A stretch of 64,000 nucleotides of DNA from Candidatus Saccharimonadia bacterium. Lineage in GTDB: Bacteria > Patescibacteriota > Saccharimonadia > UBA4664 > JBBRNT01. Of this stretch, positions 47,408 through 57,141 are shown one piece after another. The position numbers and the translations under genes were made by a program. The notes beneath the pieces were generated by a model. The model searched no databases. It saw nothing but the letters and a program-made list of their open reading frames with translations, and was not told the origin of the DNA. The stretch's first letter is position 1, and every line of letters starts with the position of its first letter. The stretch covers positions 37,341-101,340 of the forward strand of contig JBBRNT010000002.1 of the NCBI GenBank assembly GCA_038230095.1, read 5' to 3'.

Positions 47408-47547
47408 TGAGGACACTGGCCGGCACAGTTCGCCGTCGCTTCCATCAAAACGCCCTCACCGTACCAGCTCGTATGGCTCGCTTGCGTTTATTGCCACTTC
47501 TCGAAATGCATTCGGCCAGCGTCCACACCCGATGGGGGAAGGCATGA
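47404..47547 (+). CDS. Putative 47-aa Arg-rich small protein
   Basis: Open frame with ATGA overlap on both the ftsE stop and the ftsX start; SD-like GGGAGA. Confidence 0.45.
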   Translation: MMRTLAGTVRRRFHQNALTVPARMARLRLLPLLEMHSASVHTRWGKA

Positions 47548-48449
47548 TTACTCTCTGGCGCATACTAGTTTCCGGCCTGCGGAACTTCCGTCGAAATGCC
47601 TGGCTGTCCACGGCAGCTACGGCGGTGATGACCGTGACACTCACGGTGATCCTGGTGTCGTTTATTACTACTGCCGCTCTGTCCCAGGCAGTAAAGTCCA
47701 TCGTGAACCGCATAGATGTACAGATATACCTGAAAGACACCATTACTCTCGACCAGACAAATGCTCTGCGGGCGACGTTGGAGGGGCTCGGCAATGTGTC
47801 GTCGGTCTCCTATGTGTCGAAGGCCGATGCGCTTAAGCGCTTCCGTGGGCAGTTTAGTGGTGACCAAACCATTCTGGATGCTGTAAGCGACCAGGACAAT
47901 GCGCTGCCGGCCTCATTTGAGATTAAGGTCATTGACGCCAAGAAGCTGGATCCGATTGCGGCCGTGGTAGCGAGCGATACATTTAAGCCCCTGATCGAGA
48001 ACTTTAGCTACAAAGACAGCCGCAAAGCCGCCATTGATAAGATCGTCCGTGTTAGTAACTTTCTGAAAACAGTGGGTATAGCAGCGTCTGTACTATTTGT
48101 ATTCATTTCGATTATGATTATCTTCAATACCATCCGCATGGCTATATTCACCCGGCGCGAGGAGATAGAAATAATGAAGCTGGTGGGTGCCACCAACTGG
48201 TTTATCCGAGGGCCGTTTATCATGGAAGCGATGCTGTACGGTGTGATTGCGGCCGTGCTGGCAGTAGGCTTGTGCTACGTTATGCTACTGGTAGGTGGTC
48301 CGCGGCTCGTGAGCTACATAGACGTGAGCGCCACCATCCACGCGTTCAAATCTGACGCATTACTGGTGACGCTCGGCGAGCTGGCGATTGGCCTGGTGAT
48401 TGGTGCCACTTCGAGCGTTATGGCTATGACACGGTACCTGAAGCTCTAG
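47544..48449 (+). CDS. ftsX: Cell division permease FtsX
   Basis: RNAWLS, NTIRMAIFTRREEIEIMKLVGATNWFIRGPF. Confidence 0.95.
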   Translation: MITLWRILVSGLRNFRRNAWLSTAATAVMTVTLTVILVSFITTAALSQAVKSIVNRIDVQIYLKDTITLDQTNALRATLEGLGNVSSVSYVSKADALKRFRGQFSGDQTILDAVSDQDNALPASFEIKVIDAKKLDPIAAVVASDTFKPLIENFSYKDSRKAAIDKIVRVSNFLKTVGIAASVLFVFISIMIIFNTIRMAIFTRREEIEIMKLVGATNWFIRGPFIMEAMLYGVIAAVLAVGLCYVMLLVGGPRLVSYIDVSATIHAFKSDALLVTLGELAIGLVIGATSSVMAMTRYLKL

Positions 48450-48536
48450 GTAGCTCAGGCGCTTTTCAGGATAAGCGGTTTGACGCGAAGCAGGGCTGGC
48501 GGCTATAATAGTGCTGCCCGTAATAGCGAGGGTTAC

Positions 48537-49625
48537 TTGCAATTTAATCCGAAAACCAAACGACTTGGCACGAGCCTACTTCTGGCTGGTGTTGTTTTGT
48601 TTTCTGCGGTGAGCCCTGTGCTAGCCGACCAATACGATGACAAGATTAATGCGCTTCGCCAGGGTATAGCGGCCAAGCGTAACACGGTGAACCAGCTTCA
48701 TTCGCAGACAAATACCCTGGCCAATAGCCTAGCTGAGATTAATGCCCAGATAGATGAGACAACTGCCCAGCTTGAGCTGACTCAGGCCCGCTACGATAAG
48801 ACCATGGCCGATATAGCTGAGACCAAAGCCTCGATAGCCAGCCAAAAAGCCTTGCTGAGTGAGAACCTGAAAACTATCTATACCCAATCGCAAGTGAGCA
48901 CTCTGGAAATGCTGGCCTCCAGCGAAAACTTCGGTGATTTCTTCGATCGACAACAGTACCTGCAGAACATTAAAGACCGTATCCAGGGCTCATTGGTCAC
49001 GCTCAATACCAAGAAAAGCCGCCTAGACGACGACCAGGCCCAACTAACAACGCTCATCAATCAGCAAAAGGGTCTTACCTACAGCCTTAGCCAGCAAAAG
49101 AGCCAGTCGGCTTCACTATTGGCCGAGACTCAAGGCCAAGAGGCAGCTTACCAAGCCAAGATTAGCACCGATGAGAAGGCTGTCTCAACCCTCAGGGCTC
49201 AACAGGCGGCGGAGATTGCGGCCCGGCAAAGCAAGGTGAACTACGGCGGCACCGGTGGCTACCCATGGTCCGGCTACTCCCTTGACGGCGGCGTGGACCC
49301 CTGGGGCTTCTACTACCGTGAGTGTACCTCGTACGTGGCATGGCGCCGGGCCAACCTGGGCCACCCCATACCCGCCTGGGGTCGCATGGGGCCAGCCAAT
49401 GCCAAGACCTGGGTGGGCTGGGCGCGTAACTTTGGTCTGCCAGTAGATGGCAGCGCCCGGGCCGGCGACGTGGCAGTGCTTACGGCTGGCCAGTACGGCC
49501 ACGTCATGATCGTAGAGGCAGTACTGGGCGGCGGGCTGATCAAGGTGAGCCAGTATAATGCCAGCTGGGATGGGCGCTACTCTGAGGCAATAATTTCGAC
49601 GTCCGGCCTGTATTTTATTCACTAA
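48537..49625 (+). CDS. Coiled-coil CHAP-domain peptidoglycan hydrolase (PcsB/CwlO-like)
   Basis: Signal peptide, coiled coil, ECTSYVAW, GHV..VE; promoter TTGACG-18-TATAAT. Confidence 0.9.
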   Translation: MQFNPKTKRLGTSLLLAGVVLFSAVSPVLADQYDDKINALRQGIAAKRNTVNQLHSQTNTLANSLAEINAQIDETTAQLELTQARYDKTMADIAETKASIASQKALLSENLKTIYTQSQVSTLEMLASSENFGDFFDRQQYLQNIKDRIQGSLVTLNTKKSRLDDDQAQLTTLINQQKGLTYSLSQQKSQSASLLAETQGQEAAYQAKISTDEKAVSTLRAQQAAEIAARQSKVNYGGTGGYPWSGYSLDGGVDPWGFYYRECTSYVAWRRANLGHPIPAWGRMGPANAKTWVGWARNFGLPVDGSARAGDVAVLTAGQYGHVMIVEAVLGGGLIKVSQYNASWDGRYSEAIISTSGLYFIH

Positions 49626-49637
49626 TAAGGAATTTGC

Positions 49638-50852
49638 ATGCAAGAACCAGAAGCAGTGGTAGCGGCCACTAGTAAGACCAGTGTTGTCCAAAAGTATTAT
49701 CGACCAGTCGGAGCCGTACTGGGTGCTGTGGTGCTCGTGCTCGGCGGATTTGTAGCCGGCCGGCAAACATCCTACCTGCCTATACCTTATCTGACGCCAA
49801 AATCGCCGGTAGGCTATACCAGTCTTGATACCATTGACGACCTGCTGCGTACCAAGTTTGATGGTAGCCTGGACGATGCCAAGCTGCTGGATGGTGCGAA
49901 GGCCGGACTGGTAGCCGCAGCGGGTGACCCATATACCGTCTACCTGGATGCTAAGGCAGCTAAGGAGCTAAGCGATGAACTCAATGGCTCGCTGTCTGGC
50001 ATTGGTGCGGAGATTGCCATTAAGAACAATAAGCTAACAGTAGTTGCGCCCATTTCGGATTCACCAGCTGCGAAAGCGGGCATCTTGGCGGGCGATGTTA
50101 TTGCTCTGATTGATGATAAGGACTCATCTGAACTGACACTCGACCAAGCGGTCGGAAAGATTCGCGGCAATGCAGGTACGACGGTGAAGCTGAAGATTGT
50201 ACGGACTGGCGTGGCGGAAGCATTCGACGTGACTATTACTCGGGCGCTTATTACGGTGCCAAGTGTGAAGTCCAGTATGAAGAACGGCAATGTAGGCTAT
50301 ATCCAGCTGACACGCTTTGGGCCAGACACTGGTACTAAGACAATTGAGGCGGCAGTGGCCTTGAAGAAGCAGGGTGCCACCAGAATTGTCCTCGACATGC
50401 GTAATAACCCAGGTGGCTATCTGGATGCAGGGGTGACAGTAGCCAGCCAGTTCCTGGATGCCGACAAGCTGGTGGTGGAGGAGCGCAAAAACGGCAAGTC
50501 GATCGATAAGCGGAACGCCGAGAGTGGTGGTGAGCTGCTGGGGCTGCCAACGGTAGTGCTTATTAATGGGGGGAGTGCCTCGGCTTCAGAGATTGTGGCA
50601 GGCGCATTACACGATAGCGCAGGTGCGAAGCTGGTAGGGGAGAAGAGCTTCGGCAAGGGAAGCGTGCAGGATATTACCAAGCTGGCGAGCGGTGCCGAGC
50701 TTAAAGTAACGATAGCACACTGGTACACCCCGAAGGGCGTGAATATTAACAAAGAAGGTATTGCGCCAGACGTAGAGGTGAAGATAACCCAGGCCGACCG
50801 CGATGCTGCGCGCGATCCACAACTGGATAAGGCGCTAGAGCTGCTGAAATAG
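49638..50852 (+). CDS. ctpA: S41 carboxyl-terminal protease
   Basis: DPYTVY, PDZ, LDMRNNPGG, SASASEI, FGKGSVQ. Confidence 0.94.
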   Translation: MQEPEAVVAATSKTSVVQKYYRPVGAVLGAVVLVLGGFVAGRQTSYLPIPYLTPKSPVGYTSLDTIDDLLRTKFDGSLDDAKLLDGAKAGLVAAAGDPYTVYLDAKAAKELSDELNGSLSGIGAEIAIKNNKLTVVAPISDSPAAKAGILAGDVIALIDDKDSSELTLDQAVGKIRGNAGTTVKLKIVRTGVAEAFDVTITRALITVPSVKSSMKNGNVGYIQLTRFGPDTGTKTIEAAVALKKQGATRIVLDMRNNPGGYLDAGVTVASQFLDADKLVVEERKNGKSIDKRNAESGGELLGLPTVVLINGGSASASEIVAGALHDSAGAKLVGEKSFGKGSVQDITKLASGAELKVTIAHWYTPKGVNINKEGIAPDVEVKITQADRDAARDPQLDKALELLK

Positions 50853-50869
50853 GCAGTTTATAGCCCGGT

Positions 50870-50899
50870 AAAAGGCCGACCAGTATGGTCGGCCTTTTT
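50870..50899 (+). terminator. Intrinsic terminator
   Basis: AAAAGGCCGACCA-GTA-TGGTCGGCCTTTTT. Confidence 0.88.
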
Positions 50900-50994
50900 G
50901 ATTGGCGCTTGGTGAGTAAAAAACAGGGTTGCCCCGCGTCCAGGCGATCGGCTATGATGATCTAAAGTACTGCTAATGCTTGAGGGGTTATAGG

Positions 50995-52605
50995 TTGGCT
51001 CGAACACGCCAGACCAAGTTTATCTTTGTGACCGGAGGAGTCTTGTCGGGACTGGGCAAGGGTATTACCGCCGCCTCCCTCGGAAATATCCTGAAAGCAC
51101 GCGGACTCAAAGTAAATCTACAGAAGTGTGACCCGTACCTGAATACCGATGCTGGTACGCTCAACCCGGCCGAGCATGGGGAGGTGTTTGTGACGCACGA
51201 TGGGGGCGAGACGGACCTGGACCTGGGCCATTATGAGCGGTTTCTAGGACAGCAGTTGGGCCGCACCAGCTCACTCATGAATGGTCGAGTGCTGGCGCGG
51301 GTGATTGCCGACGAGCGGGCGGGTAAGTACCTGGGCAAGACAGTTCAAATTATTCCGCATGTGACCAATGCTATGCAGGCGGAAATACTGGCGGCCGGTA
51401 GGGGCTTTGATGTGCATATTGTGGAGATTGGCGGGACGGTTGGGGACATAGAGAGCCTGGCATTTCTTGAGGCTATCCGCCAGCTGCGCCACAAGGTGGG
51501 TATAGGGAATGTTATCTACGTGCACGTAGTGTACTTGCCTTACCTGGAGGCTAGCAAGGAACTGAAGACAAAGCCGGCGCAAAACACGGTGAAAGACCTG
51601 CGTGAGTCGGGTATCCAGCCAGACATCGTAGCCTGCCGCTCTGAGCGTGACATACCGCGGGACCTGCTGGATAAGATTGCAATGTTTACCGATGTGAATC
51701 CAAAGGGGATAGTGGCGCTGCCGACGGCTAAGACTGTCTATGAAGTACCGCTCACCCTAGAAGCGGCAGGGCTTGGTGACTATGTGACCAAGCTCCTGGG
51801 CCTAGGACGGAAGAAGCCGCAACTGACCGAATGGCGTGAGCTGGTTGACACCATCCGTAACCACTCCTACCAGCACACGGTGCGGGTAGGAGTGGTGGCC
51901 AAGTATATGTCCCATGAAGATACTTATATGAGCGTGTTTGAGGCCCTCAAGGCCGCCGGCTGGGCGCACCAGGCGAAAGCTGAGATTGTCTGGGTCGATG
52001 CTGAGAAACTGACACCGGAGAACATTGGTACCCAGCTTGCAGGGATAGACGGCCTGGTGGTGCCCGGGGGCTTCGGTCCACGCGGTGCTGAGGGCAAGAT
52101 ACTGGCGGCAGCTTACGCTATGGACCACAATCTACCGTATTTGGGACTGTGCTTGGGCCTGCAGACGGCGGTGATTGCGCTGGCACGCAAAGTGGTGGGC
52201 GTCGATGCCAACTCGACCGAGATGGATCCCACTACCAAACACCCGGTGATACATATAATGGAGCAGCAAAAAGCGGTGACGGATCTAGGCGGGACCATGC
52301 GGCTCGGTGATTATCCTTGCATACTCGGCAGGGGGACCCTGGCGCACCGTGTATACGGTAAGAAGCGCATTATCGAGCGACACCGGCACCGCTATGAGGT
52401 CAATAATAAGTACCGGGCGCGCTTAGAGAAAGCTGGTATGGTATTTGGTGGGCTTTCACCAGACGGCCAACTGGTAGAGATGATCGAGATGGCCGGCCAC
52501 CCATACTTCCTGGCGAGCCAGGCTCATCCAGAGTTTACTTCGCGTCCGGGCCATCCCAACCCCATGTTTAGCGGCTTTGTGGCGGCGATGGTGAAGCTAG
52601 ACTAG
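50995..52605 (+). CDS. pyrG: CTP synthase
   Basis: FVTGGVLSGLGKG, KTKPAQ, GLCLG, ERHRHRYE, HPEF. Confidence 0.97.
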   Translation: MARTRQTKFIFVTGGVLSGLGKGITAASLGNILKARGLKVNLQKCDPYLNTDAGTLNPAEHGEVFVTHDGGETDLDLGHYERFLGQQLGRTSSLMNGRVLARVIADERAGKYLGKTVQIIPHVTNAMQAEILAAGRGFDVHIVEIGGTVGDIESLAFLEAIRQLRHKVGIGNVIYVHVVYLPYLEASKELKTKPAQNTVKDLRESGIQPDIVACRSERDIPRDLLDKIAMFTDVNPKGIVALPTAKTVYEVPLTLEAAGLGDYVTKLLGLGRKKPQLTEWRELVDTIRNHSYQHTVRVGVVAKYMSHEDTYMSVFEALKAAGWAHQAKAEIVWVDAEKLTPENIGTQLAGIDGLVVPGGFGPRGAEGKILAAAYAMDHNLPYLGLCLGLQTAVIALARKVVGVDANSTEMDPTTKHPVIHIMEQQKAVTDLGGTMRLGDYPCILGRGTLAHRVYGKKRIIERHRHRYEVNNKYRARLEKAGMVFGGLSPDGQLVEMIEMAGHPYFLASQAHPEFTSRPGHPNPMFSGFVAAMVKLD

Positions 52606-52619
52606 TAGACTTGCTCGGT

Positions 52620-52654
52620 ATTAAAAAAAGACCCCTTTGGGGTCTTTTTTTAAT
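52620..52654. terminator. Bidirectional terminator (pyrG / rpmA)
   Basis: ATTAAAAAAAGACCCC-TTT-GGGGTCTTTTTTAAT. Confidence 0.9.
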
Positions 52655-52667
52655 GGGTCAGGTAGAG

Positions 52668-52940
52668 TTATTCGACCGAGACGATGGTGCGGGTGACTTT
52701 GGCGCCAGTGAAACGGGTGATTTGGCGCTTGGCAAAGCCGACTACGCCTGGGCGGGTAGCATGGATGGTGTGGTCGGTAGAGACCAGGGTGCCTGGGCCA
52801 GCAATCATCTTGGTGCCGCGTTGGCGTACAACGATAGCTCCGGTGGTAACCTTCTGGCCGCCAAAGGCTTTGACACCGAGGCGCTGGCTATTACTGTCGC
52901 GGCCGAGTTTGGTAGAGCCGCCGGCTTTAGTATGTGACAT
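52668..52940 (-). CDS. rpmA: 50S ribosomal protein L27
   Basis: MSHTKAGGST..GRDS..RLGVK..VRQRGT. Confidence 0.97.
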   Translation of the reverse strand: MSHTKAGGSTKLGRDSNSQRLGVKAFGGQKVTTGAIVVRQRGTKMIAGPGTLVSTDHTIHATRPGVVGFAKRQITRFTGAKVTRTIVSVE

Positions 52941-54071
52941 TTAGTTCTTCCTTAGGATTAATAGCGCACGTCCGACAAATTGTCCGTCCCGGTGATACAC
53001 CAGAGGAGATTTGGCGTGTACAAACTGGACTTGATTGTACCCTAATTCGGCAATTTGGTCAACGACTTCCGGGGTAATAAAGCGGTTTTGGACGCGCCAG
53101 GCGGGTAGGCACAGCACGACGCGCGCGCCAGATGCTAGCTGAGGAGCAAAATTGGCCAGGCTTTTGGCTACCAGATGCCGGAGATCGCCCTGCATTTTAG
53201 CAAGCTCGCCTGGGGTGGGCGTAGCGGAAAGGGCTGGTCCGAGATAGCCTTCTGAGGCAATAGCGACACCGGTGGGAAACTTGACGTGCTTGGCGTCGGC
53301 TAGCGTAACGCTGAACCGGGGCAGGGGAGTTGGGGTCTGCTCCGCGAGCCAATCTAGATTGGATTGTGCAGCTTTGACCATAGCTGGGTCAATATCGCTC
53401 CCGCCGGCCGGCTTAGCCATAAGTAGGGCCTCCTGAAGCACTACACCGCTACCACAGAATGGATCGTAGATGTGGGTAGCGGATGCCAGATTGACAAGGA
53501 TCTGGGCAAGCTTGGGAGGTAGCATGCCCACGCGGGCGTCACGCCCCGGGCGTGCCTGGTCGCGCTCAGTGTAGGCATCTATGTCTTGCACGGCGGCGGT
53601 AACAGCAGTAATAATCTCCCCGCCGTGGGCGGCAATGATAATTTCGAAGCCGCGGCCCGGGATATGGTTGTACTTGAGCTGTGCTGCCGTCATGGCCGTA
53701 GCGCCGTCTTTCGGCGCGACGAAACGAACACTACGGCCGCTGGCCTTCAGTAGCTTCTTAGCCGTGAGACCCAGCGCAGTAATACGACCAGCGGTAACGC
53801 GCAGGCCATAGACGCTAATACCGAAATCAAAGCTGCCATCCCCAGCGCCGGCGATTGCCCCCCAATCGATCGCCAGATCATCTAGCGACTTGGCGGAGAC
53901 GCGGTCAACTACCTGGGCGAGCTTGATCGTGCCACCGAGATCGGGGAGGAGTGGAAGTGTGTCTAGCAGGGCATTGGCACCAAAAGGTAGCATGTGATCC
54001 GCGCCCACAATGCTTTCTAATTCAGCCAAACCAAATTCGGGCTGACGCCCTAGAACAGCAAGATATTTCAT
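52941..54071 (-). CDS. Trm11/UPF0020-like SAM-dependent RNA methyltransferase
   Basis: LGGTIK, RD..RP.RD..VGMLPPKLAQ, DPFCGSG, EGYLG. Confidence 0.85.
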   Translation of the reverse strand: MKYLAVLGRQPEFGLAELESIVGADHMLPFGANALLDTLPLLPDLGGTIKLAQVVDRVSAKSLDDLAIDWGAIAGAGDGSFDFGISVYGLRVTAGRITALGLTAKKLLKASGRSVRFVAPKDGATAMTAAQLKYNHIPGRGFEIIIAAHGGEIITAVTAAVQDIDAYTERDQARPGRDARVGMLPPKLAQILVNLASATHIYDPFCGSGVVLQEALLMAKPAGGSDIDPAMVKAAQSNLDWLAEQTPTPLPRFSVTLADAKHVKFPTGVAIASEGYLGPALSATPTPGELAKMQGDLRHLVAKSLANFAPQLASGARVVLCLPAWRVQNRFITPEVVDQIAELGYNQVQFVHAKSPLVYHRDGQFVGRALLILRKN

Positions 54072-54109
54072 GACTACATTCTACCATCGACTGATATAAT
54101 AAGCTCAGT

Positions 54110-55117
54110 ATGAATTTCCGTCGTCTCATGTTGTACATCAGCCTACTTGCGCTCGCTATTCTAGTGGCTTTGAATATGAGCCGGCTGGAGCAATTTGTGG
54201 TAGCGTTGTCAGGCCTGCGTTGGTACATGCTGCTGGCGGTGATTGTAGTGCAGCTCTATAGCTACTATACCAACGCTAAGTACTACCAGGAGATACTCCG
54301 CTTGTTCGGCTACGAGCTAGGTATCGGGGCGCTGTACGAGGCCAGCTTAGCAGTTAATTTCGTCAATCAGGCCTTTCCTGCCGGTGGGTTGACTGGTATT
54401 TCTTATCTGAACAAGCGGTTTGAGGGCCAGGTGCCAGCTGGGAAGCTGTCGCTAGCCCAGCTTATGCGCTATGGGTTTACGGTGGTGTCCTACTTTACCA
54501 TTCTGGTACCAGCATTTATCGTCTTGTTTTTTGGTGGTGACTTGCAGCGATTGGGCTCACGTCTGACGCTATTTATCCTGGTAATTATCCTCGTTATCAG
54601 TGCCACTGCGGTTATCCTTATCCGTGATCGGACGGTGCTGACACGGTTTGCTCACTGGGTAGTGGCTCGCCTTAATGCCCTCCATAAGCGTATACGTCCA
54701 AAGGCCAAAAAAGGCCTGGTACCGGCGGCGCGGGTGGATCACTTTATTGCAGAGTTCTATCACGGCTATGAGCAGTTTCTGGAACGTAAGGGGCACTGGC
54801 GAAAGCCATTTTTGCAGAGCCTGGGCGGTAACTTGGCGGAGGTGGCGACTATCTGGCTGGTGTTTGTGGCGCTAGGGCAGTACCTGAACCTGGGCTCGCT
54901 GATCGCGGCCTACACACTGGCCAACCTGGCTAGCTTAGTGAGCCCGCTAACCGGCGGAGCCGGAGTGTATGAGGCTACCATGGTGGCTACATTCGTGGGG
55001 TCCGGCGTGCCATTTGCGGTGGCCTTCACTGGTACCCTGATCTACCGTGTGTTTAATATGGCTGTGTTCTTACCAATTGGCTTCTTTTTCTATCAGAGAT
55101 CGCTCAAACATGGATAG
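54110..55117 (+). CDS. Lysylphosphatidylglycerol synthase TM-domain (flippase-like) protein
   Basis: NFVNQAFPAGG, P..GGAGVYE, LIYR. Confidence 0.85.
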   Translation: MNFRRLMLYISLLALAILVALNMSRLEQFVVALSGLRWYMLLAVIVVQLYSYYTNAKYYQEILRLFGYELGIGALYEASLAVNFVNQAFPAGGLTGISYLNKRFEGQVPAGKLSLAQLMRYGFTVVSYFTILVPAFIVLFFGGDLQRLGSRLTLFILVIILVISATAVILIRDRTVLTRFAHWVVARLNALHKRIRPKAKKGLVPAARVDHFIAEFYHGYEQFLERKGHWRKPFLQSLGGNLAEVATIWLVFVALGQYLNLGSLIAAYTLANLASLVSPLTGGAGVYEATMVATFVGSGVPFAVAFTGTLIYRVFNMAVFLPIGFFFYQRSLKHG

Positions 55118-56267
55118 CCAGGTAATCTCAGTTAAAGAATTTGTCGCTATTCTGAACGACACGCTGGTCTTTGCTTTTCCCAGCGTTATGCTCGAGGGGG
55201 AGGTCTCGGGCTATAAGGTAAGCCAGGGCAAGTGGGTCTTCTTTGATCTAAAAGACGATGAAGCCACTATTAGCTGCTTCATGCCAATTTACCAGCTGAA
55301 AGTACCGCTAGAAGACGGTATGCGAGTACGCGTAGGCGGTAGCCCCAAGCTGACGAACTGGGGCAAGTTTAGCTTCACCGCACGGACGGTAGAGCTGGCG
55401 GGTGAGGGCGAGCTCCGGCGGGCGTTTGAACTGCTGAAGGCCAAGCTAAGCGGCGAAGGGCTGTTTGCTAGCGAGCGTAAGCGCGCCTTGCCACTGTACC
55501 CGAAACGGATTGGACTGATCACCTCAGGAACATCAGCAGCCTATGCAGACTTTACCAAGATTCTCTCCGCCCGGTGGGGTGGTCTTGATGTACTGCTCGC
55601 AGATGTGGCAGTGCAAGGGGCATCGGCACCAGACCTACTGGTAGGGGCTGTGCGCTACTTTGATGAGCTAGCAATCCCTCCAGACGTGGTGGTAATGATC
55701 CGTGGTGGCGGTAGCCTCGAGGATTTGCAGGCATTTAATACTGAGGCCGTGGCGCGCGCGGTGGCTGCCAGCCGGGCTCCGATTGTGGTGGGGGTGGGTC
55801 ACGAGGTAGACACCAGCCTGGCCGATCTAGCGGCCGATGTACGCGCGGCTACTCCTACCGATGCTGCACGACTGGTAGTTCGGGACCGTAGTGAGGTAGC
55901 CGCGGCGCTGGATGGCCACTATCGGCGGATGGATACAGTGCTGGACCGCAGCCTAGCGGCAAATGCAGCTCAACTGGAGCGCGCGCTGGCGGTGCTAACG
56001 CGCTTTCTGGCTCGGCCCGCAGAGCAGCTGGCCAGACTGGAGCAGGGGCTACTGGCCTGGCAAAGCCGTCGTCTGAGCGAGACACGGAGTCGGCTGCAGC
56101 TGCTGGAACGCGTGCTGGCCAGCTATGATCCTCGGGCGGTGCTCGGCCGCGGCTACGCCATAGTGCGGCGAGGCGGGGAAGTGGTGCGGGACCCAGCCGA
56201 TGTGCCCAGCGGCGCACCACTCATGATAGAATTAGCTAAAGGCAATCTCGAGGTAACAAACAGATGA
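55110..56267 (+). CDS. xseA: Exodeoxyribonuclease VII large subunit
   Basis: EGEVS, RGGGSLEDL..FN, GVGHEVD, TPT, L.RGYAIV. Confidence 0.95.
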   Translation: MDSQVISVKEFVAILNDTLVFAFPSVMLEGEVSGYKVSQGKWVFFDLKDDEATISCFMPIYQLKVPLEDGMRVRVGGSPKLTNWGKFSFTARTVELAGEGELRRAFELLKAKLSGEGLFASERKRALPLYPKRIGLITSGTSAAYADFTKILSARWGGLDVLLADVAVQGASAPDLLVGAVRYFDELAIPPDVVVMIRGGGSLEDLQAFNTEAVARAVAASRAPIVVGVGHEVDTSLADLAADVRAATPTDAARLVVRDRSEVAAALDGHYRRMDTVLDRSLAANAAQLERALAVLTRFLARPAEQLARLEQGLLAWQSRRLSETRSRLQLLERVLASYDPRAVLGRGYAIVRRGGEVVRDPADVPSGAPLMIELAKGNLEVTNR

Positions 56268-56608
56268 CTAAACAACCCAACCCACAATCCGGCGCCATCC
56301 CGTTTGGCCAGGGCCTGACTGAGCTCGAGCAGATCACCGCCTGGTTTGAGAGTGACACTATTGACCTAGACGATGGTGTAGCCAAGTTTGAGCGTGGCCT
56401 GAGCCTGATTGCTCAGTTGCGGGGTCAACTGGAGGTGGTGGAAAATAGAGTGGAGAAGATACGGGCTGATTTTGCCTTGGGCGGGCAGGCTGGTGAGATA
56501 GGCTTTCTGAAAGAGCCTGAGCCAGCGGTGGCTGCGCCGCGTCGCAAGCCGGCCTCTAGTGATGCTGAAGCGTCGACGCCTGATAGTCCAGCGCTTTTCG
56601 ACCTATGA
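56264..56608 (+). CDS. xseB: Exodeoxyribonuclease VII small subunit
   Basis: ELEQI...E....LD.....FERG; coupled to xseA. Confidence 0.88.
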   Translation: MTKQPNPQSGAIPFGQGLTELEQITAWFESDTIDLDDGVAKFERGLSLIAQLRGQLEVVENRVEKIRADFALGGQAGEIGFLKEPEPAVAAPRRKPASSDAEASTPDSPALFDL

Positions 56609-57105
56609 TCTGGGTAGCTTTGGGGGCCTTGGTATTTGCAATTATTGTTGGACTCGGCGCGCTGACAGGCGCACCGTATCTACCTATCCTAGCGGCTGAG
56701 CGTGAGAGGGTGCTAGATGAGCTTGGCTTTGCCGCCGGGCAGACGCTGCTCGATCTAGGGAGCGGCGACGGTACCATGCTGCTAGCCGTAGCTCGGCGCG
56801 GTGGGGTGGCTATTGGGATAGAAATAAACCCATTCTGGTGGCTGGTATCGGTGCTACGCACCCGACGGTACCGGGGGCAGATCCAGGTCTATCTGGGCAG
56901 CTTCTGGGACCGCCAGTGGCCAGCCGCTGACGTAGTCTATGTGTTCTTGATTGCCAGGTTTACAGCGAAGCTCGAGCAGGAGTGTGCGGTACGACTGAAA
57001 CAAACAACTACGCTTGCCAGCTATGGTTTTGCCCTGCCACAGGTGCGCGCGCAACGACAGAACGGTGCGTTGTATCTGTACCAGTACCCGTTAGACGGGC
57101 GGTAG
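56605..57105 (+). CDS. Membrane-anchored class I SAM methyltransferase
   Basis: GAPYLP, DLGSGDG, GIEINP. Confidence 0.85.
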   Translation: MIWVALGALVFAIIVGLGALTGAPYLPILAAERERVLDELGFAAGQTLLDLGSGDGTMLLAVARRGGVAIGIEINPFWWLVSVLRTRRYRGQIQVYLGSFWDRQWPAADVVYVFLIARFTAKLEQECAVRLKQTTTLASYGFALPQVRAQRQNGALYLYQYPLDGR

Positions 57106-57141
57106 GTTGCCCTGTTCGCCCAAAGCCCTTATGATGCTTGT

